The notes beneath the pieces were generated by a model. It saw nothing but the letters and a program-made list of their open reading frames with translations. It was not told the origin of the DNA and did not search any database. DNA of 64,000 bases, taken from a virus. The stretch is taken from positions 24,986 through 88,985 of IMG/VR virus record IMGVR_UViG_3300035703_000047, one strand, 5' to 3'. The translations under genes and the position numbers were made by a program. The first letter of the stretch is position 1; each line of letters starts with the position of its first letter. Positions 17,958-28,402 of this stretch are shown here, one piece after another.

Positions 17958-18172
17958 TATTCTGCGTCTTCTTCGTAGTCTTCAGACTCTTCTGGCGCAT
18001 CTTCATGTTCGATTTCACCAGATTCTTCCTCGTCACCAAACATTGAAGCAGCTACAACAGGTCTAATAATTTCAATATTTTCTGCAGATTTTTGCATTAA
18101 AATTTCTTTAATTCGGTCACTAATGTCTGCGGGAGATTCATTAGAAACCATCATATTAATAAGGTCATCCAT
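17957..18172 (-). CDS. Small acidic prohead core-like protein (gp67/68-like position)
   Basis: 71 aa, acidic tail, directly after portal. Confidence 0.7.
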   Translation of the reverse strand: MDDLINMMVSNESPADISDRIKEILMQKSAENIEIIRPVVAASMFGDEEESGEIEHEDAPEESEDYEEDAE

Positions 18173-18199
18173 TTTAAAAATTCAGTGTTTACTTAAGGG

Positions 18200-18206
18200 T
18201 ATTTAT
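18200..18206 (-). promoter_or_regulatory. Late promoter (ATAAATA)
   Basis: Upstream of ATG 18172. Confidence 0.65.
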
Positions 18207-19921
18207 TAAATTCTGCCACCTTTTGGCATTGTAACTTTTGGAGATTCTGGAGATGGAGGCATTTCTGCAACCGAAGCATTAGTTTCAGGATTCATCGGAA
18301 CTTCTCCCATCGCAGGTTGTTCAGTTGATGGTTGTTCTTGTCCAAAAGGCAACCCTGTTGTAGGATCAACATCTGGAGGAATTATACCAGCCTCTTTTTC
18401 TACGATAATTTGTTGATCGATCTCTACAATTTCCGAATCCGTTTGTTTTAGAACATTTCTTCTGATGTAGTCCACAGAGAAATACTTACCAACATAAGGT
18501 TCTGCAACTGCAAGAACATTCAATCTATTTTGAATTAGTTCTGCTTCTTTGAGTTCTGCAAAATGATTGTCATAAACATAATCAAACTGAATATGGTCCG
18601 AAAGAACCTTCCAATCTTCTGGAGTAACGATATTTTTTAAGATAAGTTGAGTCCTCAACATATCCATGAATAAATGAGAAAATCTTTTTCTCATTCTTCC
18701 CACGAATTTGGTAAACTTAATTTCATCTCTAAGAATTTCGGAAGAACGACCTAGATTGAAACCACCTTCTCCGCCTAAACGAGATTCTGGAACACCAAGA
18801 GCTCGGAAAAGTTTCTTTTGGAAATAATTAACATCTGTAAGTTCACCAAGATTTTGTCCACCAGGAAGAGTTGTGATTTCTGTACCACGACCCCCTTCCC
18901 TTCTTGGAAGCCAAAAATCTTCTAACATTGACATCATTCTCTTATCGTCACGAATCTCACCAGTATTCGCATCATAAACTAACTTATTACGATAACGAGT
19001 CATGACATCGCGGAGATATTGTTCCGCTTTAATTTTTGGAAGATTGCCTACATCAATGTAGAAAATTCTACGCTCTGGAGCACGGGATAATCTATAGATA
19101 ACAAGAGAATCCTCAATCATACGAAGTTGATTGAGTGCTTTGATTGCTTTATGTAAATAAGAAAGAATTACCTGTTTATTTCTATCTACTAAACCGGAAT
19201 GTACAAAAGTTATTGCATCTTTAGAAATTCTTGCTGACCCACCAATAGCGGTTTTAAAGTTACTAGTTGATTGTCCAGCCCCTGTTCCTCTAATATTTGG
19301 GTCATATTCATAAAACTCCTCTACTTCAGGAGTTGACATATTTCCATTCGGAGATTTTCCAGATGTAACAGAGAATGATGGATTTAAAACATGTTTTCCA
19401 TCTTTTTTGATCTTTCTAACAAGTTTGATTTTCATCGGATCAATATATCTGACCTCTTTGATTCCTTCTTGTGGTTTTTCTAAATCAATAACTTTATGGT
19501 AGTAAATTCTTCCATCTACATACCAATTTCTCATGATCTCATGACATCTTTTATCAAAATCTAAAATTTCTTTGATATATTTAAATTCTTGTCTAATAAT
19601 ATCTTTTAATTTGTCCGAGGCAGGAACGTTTTGCAAATCAATCTGAACTGGAGAATCATTTTGATCAGAAACAATTGCTTCATTAATAATATCTTCAATG
19701 GCTCCATCAACTTCTGGATGAATTGCCATTTCACGATATCTTTTAATTAAATCATACTCTGATTTATAAACTCCTTCAATATCAACATATTGTCCGTAAA
19801 AACCACTAGACACATAAAAGTCCGAAGAATCTTCTTGATTCTCCGGAATAGGAGAGACGATAGATTTTTTTGATCTATCGTCTTCCGAGTCTTGGATTTT
19901 AAAACCAAATAATTTAGGCAT
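18206..19921 (-). CDS. g20: Portal protein
   Basis: WYVDGR, YRLSRAPERRIFYIDVGNLPK, EDFWLPRREGGRGTEITTLPGG. Confidence 0.98.
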   Translation of the reverse strand: MPKLFGFKIQDSEDDRSKKSIVSPIPENQEDSSDFYVSSGFYGQYVDIEGVYKSEYDLIKRYREMAIHPEVDGAIEDIINEAIVSDQNDSPVQIDLQNVPASDKLKDIIRQEFKYIKEILDFDKRCHEIMRNWYVDGRIYYHKVIDLEKPQEGIKEVRYIDPMKIKLVRKIKKDGKHVLNPSFSVTSGKSPNGNMSTPEVEEFYEYDPNIRGTGAGQSTSNFKTAIGGSARISKDAITFVHSGLVDRNKQVILSYLHKAIKALNQLRMIEDSLVIYRLSRAPERRIFYIDVGNLPKIKAEQYLRDVMTRYRNKLVYDANTGEIRDDKRMMSMLEDFWLPRREGGRGTEITTLPGGQNLGELTDVNYFQKKLFRALGVPESRLGGEGGFNLGRSSEILRDEIKFTKFVGRMRKRFSHLFMDMLRTQLILKNIVTPEDWKVLSDHIQFDYVYDNHFAELKEAELIQNRLNVLAVAEPYVGKYFSVDYIRRNVLKQTDSEIVEIDQQIIVEKEAGIIPPDVDPTTGLPFGQEQPSTEQPAMGEVPMNPETNASVAEMPPSPESPKVTMPKGGRI

Positions 19922-19947
19922 TACTCAAATATAAACTCTATTTCTAT

Positions 19948-19955
19948 TATTTATA
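19948..19955 (-). promoter_or_regulatory. Late promoter TATAAATA for g20
   Basis: Perfect consensus overlapping the g19 stop. Confidence 0.75.
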
Positions 19956-20643
19956 GGGGGTTTAAAATCTGAGGATCAGTACCTAATTGAGTAGAACCAT
20001 TTGAGTCAAGAGCATCCCACCACTGCACTTGAAGATCTACGGTAAATTCTTCAATAGTATCTGAAGAATCATATGATAAATCGATAGAACTAACGGCAGT
20101 TGGAAATATCCCATAAAACTTATATGCTTTTAAAACTGGAATGGAATCTCCAGCTTTAGTAGTAACAGGAGAAATAATATTAGATTGTGCAGATGCAACC
20201 GATGTTCTACCAAACTGTTTTACAACAGCGTCTCTTTGATATTGAGCTGGATTGATCAATCCAGTATTATCGTCATGTTTATTGATGGCGTTCATCCATT
20301 TTTCAAAAGCGGTTCTAATTGTAAAATCAATATCATTGATAATTGTAATTGTCCAAACATCAAAAGTTCTATCTCCTGCAATTTTTAGAGTTCTTCCTCT
20401 AAAAGGAACTTCAATAACACCAACATTTGATGCAGGTAAATTTGCAGCTTTAATCATAAATCTAGAAAGTTCACTTACAGATCTGGCTTGATTATTGGAT
20501 GAATTTGCAGTTGAATCGGTTGCAAATGATGGAAAATTTAATTCAACTTCAAAAAGATTTGGGCGAGCTGCTCCACCTATCAATCTTGATTTAAAATCTT
20601 CTAAAGTTCTAGATCCAAAATTTGGAGTATTTGAAAATGACAT
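19951..20643 (-). CDS. g19: Tail tube protein
   Basis: ARPNLFEV, VPFRGRTLKIAGDRTF, IEEFTV. Confidence 0.95.
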   Translation of the reverse strand: MSFSNTPNFGSRTLEDFKSRLIGGAARPNLFEVELNFPSFATDSTANSSNNQARSVSELSRFMIKAANLPASNVGVIEVPFRGRTLKIAGDRTFDVWTITIINDIDFTIRTAFEKWMNAINKHDDNTGLINPAQYQRDAVVKQFGRTSVASAQSNIISPVTTKAGDSIPVLKAYKFYGIFPTAVSSIDLSYDSSDTIEEFTVDLQVQWWDALDSNGSTQLGTDPQILNPL

Positions 20644-20680
20644 TTTTTTACCTCTGTAGGGATTGGTGTTTTAAAAAGAA

Positions 20681-23089
20681 TTAAACGGTTCCAACAACCT
20701 CTTCAAAACTAATACCAGTTCTGTTAGCAACAAAAGTTAGACCAATGAAATTGATTGATCTTGCAGGTTTTATAAAAATATCAGCCCTAAATTGATTTGA
20801 GTCAATTACATCTGGTGTATTATTTGATTCGTCACAAACAACTAGGAAATCTGTAATTCCTCTCTTTGACTTAACATCACGAAGATATGGTTCAACGATA
20901 TTATTGAAGTTGGATCTTGTAATAACATCATTGAATTCGAAGAGTTGAGCCTTTGCCGCTCTTTGAATTGTATCCTCAATAGTTAAGAATAAACGACGAA
21001 CATTGATTCTATCAAATGCGCTTGCATAAGATAATGCAGTTTTATCACCGAAAAGAAGTATTCCAGATCCTGGTGAGAATATCACAGGATTGATTCTCTT
21101 AGGATAAAGTAAATCTCTTTGAGCTTGAGATGGATTATATGCAAGTTTAACAGCATTATTAATTGTACCTCTCGAAGATCCAGCAGGAGAGAACCACGGA
21201 TAGTTATTGATAGATGTTCTTGCCATCAATCCAGCAATATCTGCATTTAGTGGAATATATCTAAACTGATTATTAAATCTATCATACATGTACTTATATC
21301 CAGAATCAAATACTGCATATGATGAAGAATTTATAGAATCAAAGAACTTAATGACATTATCTGTCTGAACATCACTATTTGCAATATTGACAATTCCAGA
21401 TTTTGCTGGTGAAATACACGCAATACAATCTTTTCTATTCTCTACAATATCAATCAATCTATTTGCTTTTGCTTGTGATTCGATTAAACTAATACCACCA
21501 TCAGGACCTGCGATTAAGAAATTAATTTCATATTCTGTAGGATTTCTAAAAATTTCATAAGAACTAATAATATCACCTAATGTGGCTGCCATTCCTCCAT
21601 TCGCAGAAGAATAATCATAACCATTAGATAGTCTATAAGACTTATTTCCAAAACATCCAAAATTAACTCCAGAAGATTCTTGTGAAGGAGCTATAGTTCC
21701 ACCACTAGCCTGAACATAACCATTGATATTAGTGAACTTGACTCCAGTAACTGCATCACTACTGCCAGCAAAAATATAAGAAGATGCATTTGACAGATAA
21801 GTTTTAACGTAAATATTTTCTGATGGAGAAATTCTACCGTCTGTTGCTTTAGATAAGTTTGTAAATTTCTCTAAAATATTACCAGATGTCCCACTTATTG
21901 AACCATTTTCATCTACAACAACAACATGAACCTCGTCATTTTTTCCACCCCTTTCCGATGCATACTGAGATGTCCCTGGTTTTGGTGCAATCGACTTCCA
22001 ATAAACAGTTGAATTTGATAATCCTAAAGTTTGTTGGTCATACCAATCAACTGAAGTGTTTGAAGATTGTGTAAGTAACCCTTCACCAAATCCAGTTGTT
22101 CCATCAGTAACATTTCTACTATAGGTTACAATTAAACTAGTCGATGCATATGATACTGGAGATGCAGAATCTATTACGATTGCACCAGTACTAATAGCAA
22201 CAATTCTTGCAGATAAAGCTCCATTTTCACTTCTAATCAAATCACCGACACTAAGAATTGATGTAGTGTCAATTGGAGTTTGGTCTGATGGATATGTAAT
22301 TGTTGTAGATCCTATGCCAATAGTCGCTGTATTTCTAAATCTATACTTTTCTAGTGATGTCGCAGTACCAACACTATTGAAAACTTGATAATAGTTTCCT
22401 GCACCATCTGGAATTTTATTTAATCCAGAAGATGTGTATGATACTTCAGTTGCAACTCCCGTTACTTCATTGTGCAAACTTACAATTTTGACATCAATAT
22501 TATCCCTGTTTACTTTAGTAACAATTCCCTTCACATATCCAGAAAATAACTCAACTGTTCCTGAAGGAGTAGCATAAGTAGTTGAAAATCCACAAGTAAT
22601 AGCAAATCCGGCAGAAATACCAAAAGTTCCAATCGCTATTCTTTGATCTGCAAGAGCATCGATAACGCAAACTTTTAACCCATTGCCCCATGATCCAGGA
22701 TTTTTAGCTGCAAAAATCCAATCGTTATCAGTGAAGTGATTATTAGAAAAATCTTCTTGACCAGTGATTTTGAGGTCAATAGGCGCGGATACAGGATAAT
22801 TTGCATTTTTTAAATTATCAGAATCCGTTCTAACTACTCTTAAAGTTCCTCCATAGGAAAGATATGAAGAAGCGGATAACCAGTATTCATATTGACTATC
22901 TGAATTTGATGGTTTACCGAAAGTGTTCAATAAATCCTGTTCAGTTTCTATAAGTACTGGTTCACCTACCGGACCTTTTACAAATGGACCAGCAAAAGCC
23001 CCTACTTGATCATTTACTGCATCAATTCTACCTACAGTAAGATCAACCTCTCGAACTTTTATTCCAGGTGATACTAAGTTTAGCGACAT
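20681..23089 (-). CDS. g18: Tail sheath protein
   Basis: SPGIKVREVDLT, PWFSPAG, FDRINVRRLF, KPARSINFI. Confidence 0.97.
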   Translation of the reverse strand: MSLNLVSPGIKVREVDLTVGRIDAVNDQVGAFAGPFVKGPVGEPVLIETEQDLLNTFGKPSNSDSQYEYWLSASSYLSYGGTLRVVRTDSDNLKNANYPVSAPIDLKITGQEDFSNNHFTDNDWIFAAKNPGSWGNGLKVCVIDALADQRIAIGTFGISAGFAITCGFSTTYATPSGTVELFSGYVKGIVTKVNRDNIDVKIVSLHNEVTGVATEVSYTSSGLNKIPDGAGNYYQVFNSVGTATSLEKYRFRNTATIGIGSTTITYPSDQTPIDTTSILSVGDLIRSENGALSARIVAISTGAIVIDSASPVSYASTSLIVTYSRNVTDGTTGFGEGLLTQSSNTSVDWYDQQTLGLSNSTVYWKSIAPKPGTSQYASERGGKNDEVHVVVVDENGSISGTSGNILEKFTNLSKATDGRISPSENIYVKTYLSNASSYIFAGSSDAVTGVKFTNINGYVQASGGTIAPSQESSGVNFGCFGNKSYRLSNGYDYSSANGGMAATLGDIISSYEIFRNPTEYEINFLIAGPDGGISLIESQAKANRLIDIVENRKDCIACISPAKSGIVNIANSDVQTDNVIKFFDSINSSSYAVFDSGYKYMYDRFNNQFRYIPLNADIAGLMARTSINNYPWFSPAGSSRGTINNAVKLAYNPSQAQRDLLYPKRINPVIFSPGSGILLFGDKTALSYASAFDRINVRRLFLTIEDTIQRAAKAQLFEFNDVITRSNFNNIVEPYLRDVKSKRGITDFLVVCDESNNTPDVIDSNQFRADIFIKPARSINFIGLTFVANRTGISFEEVVGTV

Positions 23090-23126
23090 GTCTTTCCCCT
23101 CTGAAGAAGTTCAACTTAACTACAAA

Positions 23127-23133
23127 TATTTAT
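23127..23133 (-). promoter_or_regulatory. Late promoter (ATAAATA) for g18-g19
   Basis: Upstream of ATG 23089. Confidence 0.7.
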
Positions 23134-23172
23134 TATTTGATAACTTTATATTGGGGAAATCGCTAATGAACA

Positions 23173-23403
23173 TTACCAATCTGGATATTGCCAGTACAAA
23201 TTTGTAGATTTTTGTTTTCTATTACTAATAATTCTTCTTTTTGTACACTCTTTACATTCGTATGAATATGCTGAAGGTATGTCACCCCTACCTTTGCGTG
23301 TCAAATAAAATCCATCTATAAGATCTTTAATTTCTGCACAAACTCTACATTTTCGTTCAGTGAGAAATAGATGTTCTAATTCAAACTGATCTTCTATATT
23401 CAT
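23173..23403 (-). CDS. Small Zn-finger-like protein (CxxC...CxxC)
   Basis: CRVC...ECKEC; translationally coupled to g17. Confidence 0.75.
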   Translation of the reverse strand: MNIEDQFELEHLFLTERKCRVCAEIKDLIDGFYLTRKGRGDIPSAYSYECKECTKRRIISNRKQKSTNLYWQYPDW

Positions 23404-25052
23404 TATCTATAGTCCCACATATATTGACTATCTCCATATTCATCAACATGCCATCTATTACCATCTTCATCCACAAAACTCTCACCACCTTCCAGTCCAT
23501 CAGTAATAAATCCGAATGGTGCCATATCTTGTTCAATTTGATTCTTTTGTTCTTCATATAATCTTTTACGAACATCATTATCGGTCATCTCTTTGAAATA
23601 TGGTTGCATAATCAACCATGAAAAAATAACTAAACACATTGCGAGATCATCATTACAACCATCTTCTGCTTCAAAGGAGTTTGACTTTTGAATAAAAGTT
23701 GTCAATTCACTTATAGTGTCATAGTCCTTTATAAGAAGTTTATCGGATTCAATTAATGCCTTAAGATTCATACATCCAATCTTTTTAACATTCTTTGACA
23801 TTTTAACTCCCATTTGAGATTTCTTTCCAGAAAATCCCTGCCCAACTAATTGTCCGGCTCGACCTCTCATCGTACACATTAAGACATTATCGTACTCCAA
23901 GTCCATGTGGAGGATTTGTCCTACTTGTTCTCCAACATCATTTACTTCTACAAGAATATATGCTTTATTATAAGCAACAGCAAGATCTTTTATGATACTT
24001 GGAAACAACATCGGTTTAATTTGATTGTTTCTATATTTTGCTACAAGTCTATATGGAAATGTCGTTGTATCACAAACAGTGAATGCGGAGTAATCTTTTT
24101 CTACACCACGAGCTACATCTACAGTTAAAACATAATTGTGATCTTTTTGTGGTTCCTCATAAATGTCCAATCCTGCATTAGATTTAATTGGATCTTCATA
24201 CACTAAAGATCTGAGTTTTGCTGCAGATACAAGTGTATCCGAAGATCCCAAGAAATCACATTCAAACTCTTGTTGGAATTGTTCTTTTGAAGTGTTGGCT
24301 ATCGTCTGGGCTTTCCACTTATCGTCTCTGCCTGGAACTTCAGACCAATGTACATCCGTGGGTATATATTCATTTCTACCCCTTTCGGCGTCATGCCACA
24401 TGCGGTAAAAGTGATTCATACCCTTGGGGGTAGAAACTATGATAACTTTTGTGCTTTGTCCAGACGATATAGTAGGATAAACAGAGGCAAAGAATTCATC
24501 AGCAATGTGATTCGGTATGAAAGCGAACTCGTCCAAAAAGATGATATTATATGATCCGCCTCGGACAGCAGATGCAGAAGTAGATGCGGCGATAATTTTG
24601 GAACCATTTTCCAGTTCTAAAGATCGTTTATTCCATGATACAATACCTTGTTGCATCCACTTCGGCAGTTTCTCGTATGCAAATTGTAACCTACTAAGTA
24701 AATCCTGTGCAGTAGACGCTTTGTTGGCTAGAATAGCTATATTAACATTATCATTAAATACAGCATAATGTAACAAATATGAAACACAAGTAGTAGATTT
24801 ACCCGTCTGACGAGGCATTCTACAAATATTAAATCTATTTTCATGGAAGTTGGTGATCAACTTTTCCTGAAAAGGATACATCTTAAACGGTATTTCACCA
24901 TAATCAAGGGAAACAATTTTAATATAATTTTTAGCAAAATACACAGGATCATTCTTGCACTTGATAAACTCAAGAATTTGTTCCTGTGTAAATTCTACGG
25001 CTACATTAGCCTTTTTGAGATTGGGATTACCAAGATATACCTGATCACTCAT
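23403..25052 (-). CDS. g17: Terminase large subunit
   Basis: YLGNPNLK, PRQTGKST, FLDEFAF, DVARG, NDDLAM. Confidence 0.97.
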   Translation of the reverse strand: MSDQVYLGNPNLKKANVAVEFTQEQILEFIKCKNDPVYFAKNYIKIVSLDYGEIPFKMYPFQEKLITNFHENRFNICRMPRQTGKSTTCVSYLLHYAVFNDNVNIAILANKASTAQDLLSRLQFAYEKLPKWMQQGIVSWNKRSLELENGSKIIAASTSASAVRGGSYNIIFLDEFAFIPNHIADEFFASVYPTISSGQSTKVIIVSTPKGMNHFYRMWHDAERGRNEYIPTDVHWSEVPGRDDKWKAQTIANTSKEQFQQEFECDFLGSSDTLVSAAKLRSLVYEDPIKSNAGLDIYEEPQKDHNYVLTVDVARGVEKDYSAFTVCDTTTFPYRLVAKYRNNQIKPMLFPSIIKDLAVAYNKAYILVEVNDVGEQVGQILHMDLEYDNVLMCTMRGRAGQLVGQGFSGKKSQMGVKMSKNVKKIGCMNLKALIESDKLLIKDYDTISELTTFIQKSNSFEAEDGCNDDLAMCLVIFSWLIMQPYFKEMTDNDVRKRLYEEQKNQIEQDMAPFGFITDGLEGGESFVDEDGNRWHVDEYGDSQYMWDYR

Positions 25053-25055
25053 AAA

Positions 25056-25232
25056 TTACGACTTCGCTAAATTCGCTACTACTTCCTGTTGTTTGAGATA
25101 AAGTTTAAAATAAGCCTTTGCAAACTCTATTGCTTCTTCTTTATCTAATTTATCTATAACCCTTGATTGTTGTTCATAAATCAACATTTTATTAATATCT
25201 TCAAGCACAATTTTAGAAGGGTCTATATTCAT
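25056..25232 (-). CDS. Putative NblA-like phycobilisome degradation protein (58 aa)
   Basis: Manual translation MNIDPSKIVLEDINKMLIYEQQSRVIDKLDKEEAIEFAKAYFKLYLKQQEVVANLAKS; fills the gap between the 547-aa gene and g17; two-helix pattern like NblA. Confidence 0.5.
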   Translation of the reverse strand: MNIDPSKIVLEDINKMLIYEQQSRVIDKLDKEEAIEFAKAYFKLYLKQQEVVANLAKS

Positions 25233-25233
25233 T

Positions 25234-26877
25234 TTATTTACCTTGAATAACTACGATTGGTTTGGATGGATCAGTAGGACTTGGATACCACTGCAGTATA
25301 ACTGCACCCGGATAGAACTTCTCAATTTCCGTTTTTACTTCATCTTTAGAAGGTCTCTTCATATTTGGGAAGAAGAGTTGAAGATTCATCATTGGTCTAC
25401 CTCTCCAAGAGAAGAGTATAGTATAAACATTACCAGTAGATTGTATCCGTTGATAGTCCTCGTTTGTTAATTGTCCAGGTTGAATTACAGAATCTGCAAG
25501 AGGTAAAGAGGGGCCAGAAAGTTTTTTAAGTGCGGCGTTCTTTTCATTTGGATTAGTATTACCAGTTGCAAGATTTCTGATTTTTGCTTGCCTTTGTGCC
25601 TGTCTATGTCCAGAACCAATTTCAAAACTCACATTCTCATTTGCTGGATGAATATCATTTGGATCATATGGATCTGGAGCTAGAGAAGCTGGAAGTGAAA
25701 ACATTCTCCAATAACCTTCACCATATCTACACTCTTTCATTGTTTCGTTCTTTTTACACTTAGGGCAATATCTCTGAACTTCCCCCATTTCCTGAAGTTC
25801 AAAAGATTCCTTCTTGGTCTTATTGCCCCAATTCTTTGCGCCCACTTTACGACACTTAACGAGAGCACCAGATGCATATGCAGATGGCCAAACCTTATAA
25901 CGAGACTTTACCTTTGAATAACATGCATCTTTTTCTTCAGTCGCAACCATCTTTGCCTTACCCTTTCTATCGGGATTGGGGTCTTCTTGATTCTTACGAC
26001 GGAATGCACTCTCCTCTTCCTTATCGGAAAGATCTGCTTTCATTTTACTTGAACCGCACTTTGGTTTGGTTGTTTGTCCTGGTTGTTTTGCACAGGGTTT
26101 TCCCGAGTATTTACCACCCAATTGAACCCAACCAGGGGTGCCATCAGAAGCGCGACTCTTAGTAAACCAGTCACGCAAAGAATAATCACCACTCTTGTTT
26201 TCATTAATAAAATCCTCCTTCACACAATTAGGAACTACTTTCTTCCCCTTCTTCTTCATTCCAAGTTGTTTATATCCATCCCAACATTTCTCAAATACTG
26301 GTTCACTAAAGCTCTTAAATTTATAATCACTACCCTTAATAATATCAACAACGTGTGCAAAAGTATTGCCATTTGCATCGTGAAGTTCTGTCCACTCTTC
26401 CTTTACTTTTTCCATCTTTTTGAGTTTGGAGTAGTAATTAGGAATTTCATCTAGATGTTGCAATGCAATATCCATTGCTTCATTATTATCTGTAGTATGT
26501 TCATGTTCAACTTTTATCCCCATCTCAAGTTGTTTTTGGATGGTTGATGGGGATACTTTATGCTTTTTTGCGATTTCTTCTACTGACTTATGACCTTTGA
26601 ATCCTTCTTTGACTTCTTTCTTTCTTTCAGTATCATCTTCTCCGTGAGAAAGATGATCAGCTACCGTATCAAGATACTCTGCAGCCTTTGTAATTTTTGA
26701 TTGAACCCAAGCTTCTAAATCGCCTTCACCTTTAAGTTTAGTCATTAATCTGGTGATAGCAGCCTGTGCAGTTTTAAGTTCTCCACGAGCCATGGAAAAC
26801 TCAAAGTCTTCCCCAAGAGGTGTAATAACTTCTAGATCTGCAAGAATAGACCACTCTTTAAATGTGAGTTTATCCAT
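25234..26877 (-). CDS. Modular basic protein (547 aa), putative head-associated
   Basis: Mosaic of short modules: EAWVQSKITKA, VEHEHT...HLDEIPNYY, CWDGYK...VPNCV, WPSAYASG, CPKC. Confidence 0.8.
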   Translation of the reverse strand: MDKLTFKEWSILADLEVITPLGEDFEFSMARGELKTAQAAITRLMTKLKGEGDLEAWVQSKITKAAEYLDTVADHLSHGEDDTERKKEVKEGFKGHKSVEEIAKKHKVSPSTIQKQLEMGIKVEHEHTTDNNEAMDIALQHLDEIPNYYSKLKKMEKVKEEWTELHDANGNTFAHVVDIIKGSDYKFKSFSEPVFEKCWDGYKQLGMKKKGKKVVPNCVKEDFINENKSGDYSLRDWFTKSRASDGTPGWVQLGGKYSGKPCAKQPGQTTKPKCGSSKMKADLSDKEEESAFRRKNQEDPNPDRKGKAKMVATEEKDACYSKVKSRYKVWPSAYASGALVKCRKVGAKNWGNKTKKESFELQEMGEVQRYCPKCKKNETMKECRYGEGYWRMFSLPASLAPDPYDPNDIHPANENVSFEIGSGHRQAQRQAKIRNLATGNTNPNEKNAALKKLSGPSLPLADSVIQPGQLTNEDYQRIQSTGNVYTILFSWRGRPMMNLQLFFPNMKRPSKDEVKTEIEKFYPGAVILQWYPSPTDPSKPIVVIQGK

Positions 26878-26900
26878 TTATTTTTATAAGTTTCCTATTT

Positions 26901-27332
26901 TTATTTAGATTGATTCTGATTCACTGAACTCTTTAAAAACTTTTGAAGTTCTGCAGTAGATCCTAAGAATACCGCATTATTTGTAACGTTTGTTGGTATG
27001 GATCCTTTTTGTTCCTGATTAATATCTTTCATCTTCTTTTGAAGATCTATGAGTTTATCAGTAACATCTCCAACGTTTTTAATTAATTGTCCAGCAACTT
27101 CATATGCTCTTGGAGAATCAGATTCTTGTGCGAGTTCTAGAATACCATTAATCGCTTCTTGACCTTTTTCAATAATTGAATAGAGTTGACCTCTAGAATA
27201 CTCATAATCTTTTTGAAGTTGATCTGAAGAGTCTGTAGGGTTCTTTATTGCAGTGGGTTCAGCCTTAACAATCTCCGATTGAATCAGAGTTGTTTCAATA
27301 TCTAAAGCCTTATCGATATCTTCAAAACTCAT
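26901..27332 (-). CDS. g16: Terminase small subunit
   Basis: DYEYSR, SPRAYEVAGQLIK, NNAVFLGSTAELQK. Confidence 0.92.
   Translation of the reverse strand: MSFEDIDKALDIETTLIQSEIVKAEPTAIKNPTDSSDQLQKDYEYSRGQLYSIIEKGQEAINGILELAQESDSPRAYEVAGQLIKNVGDVTDKLIDLQKKMKDINQEQKGSIPTNVTNNAVFLGSTAELQKFLKSSVNQNQSK
26902..26908 (-). promoter_or_regulatory. Late promoter variant (CTAAATA)
   Basis: About 25 nt upstream of ATG 26877. Confidence 0.55.
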
Positions 27333-28378
27333 ACATCAATTCCTTTGGTGGTACTATAAATTTTTCCATCTGCAAAATCATAACGGGACTCACTAAATCC
27401 AAAATCATCATCGAGATTGATTAATTCATCATCCGAATCATCAATTACATTGAGTCCTGTTCCAGCAACATGCGTAACAATACTAGTATTATCTTGACCT
27501 CTATTTACTAGTAGAGTATTACCACTAATTTTTCGAATGTACATAGACTCAGAATCAATCATAATATATGATTTTTCTACTAAAACTGATCCATCAACAA
27601 CATCAAATTCTGTCACTTCTGCAGAAATATCCTCTGCAATTTGTGTAATTTCATCATTATTATAATCTTGTAATGCTCTAACTTTTGCCATATACCTTAA
27701 CTGTCTAGAAGCATTGACTCTATTTGTATTGGTATAATAATCAACTTGAACTTGTTTGATTAGAGCCTCATTTGGAGTTCCAACTGGACCAAAGAGATAA
27801 GTCTTAGCGACAAAATCTAAAGTATAAACCAAAACTCTTCTTGTAGTATAATCACCTTCATATTGATCGTCCATCGAAATTCTTTCAAGAATCATTGGAA
27901 TATCTCTTTTCTCTCCAATGTCTGATACTAAATCTACAGTCAGATTAAAATGTGGTTGAAAGTAAGGCAATATCTGTTCCACTACTTGCAAAGCATCTTC
28001 ATTCAATTTAGACATTATCGAAAGTCTGAAATTCACATTATATGGGACAGGCATATAAACTTTTGTCAATTCGTTATTTGACTTATCTAACGCTTTAAAA
28101 GTTTGCATGGTAGAAGATTTTCTAGCAGCATCATAAGAAATTCCGGTCATCTCAAAGGACATTCTGGGAAGAGTAATTGCCACTCTCTTTTTTAAGTCTG
28201 GAACTTGTTCAATTCTAGCTAAAAACTTTTGAACAGGACCATATGCAATAGGTACTGTAATAATACTAAAATCATCACCTGCATTATCTTTATGTTTAAT
28301 TTGAATATTATTAAAAAGTGTCCCGAAAGCAACTATAGTCTTTCTCAATATTTCATGGTAAAAATAATTTGAGATCAT
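27329..28378 (-). CDS. g15: Tail sheath stabiliser / tail terminator
   Basis: YFYHEILRK, PIAYGP, LPRMSFE, EQILPYFQP. Confidence 0.92.
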   Translation of the reverse strand: MISNYFYHEILRKTIVAFGTLFNNIQIKHKDNAGDDFSIITVPIAYGPVQKFLARIEQVPDLKKRVAITLPRMSFEMTGISYDAARKSSTMQTFKALDKSNNELTKVYMPVPYNVNFRLSIMSKLNEDALQVVEQILPYFQPHFNLTVDLVSDIGEKRDIPMILERISMDDQYEGDYTTRRVLVYTLDFVAKTYLFGPVGTPNEALIKQVQVDYYTNTNRVNASRQLRYMAKVRALQDYNNDEITQIAEDISAEVTEFDVVDGSVLVEKSYIMIDSESMYIRKISGNTLLVNRGQDNTSIVTHVAGTGLNVIDDSDDELINLDDDFGFSESRYDFADGKIYSTTKGIDV

Positions 28379-28402
28379 TATAACTAACTGTAGAGTAATA
28401 AT

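Noticed and set aside
23173-23403. Intact homing endonuclease
   Set aside because: Only a CxxC...CxxC module; no HNH, GIY-YIG or endonuclease VII catalytic motif.
7788-25052. Introns or inteins in g17, g20, g23, g46, uvsW
   Set aside because: All are uninterrupted, of ordinary length, and lack intein terminal motifs.
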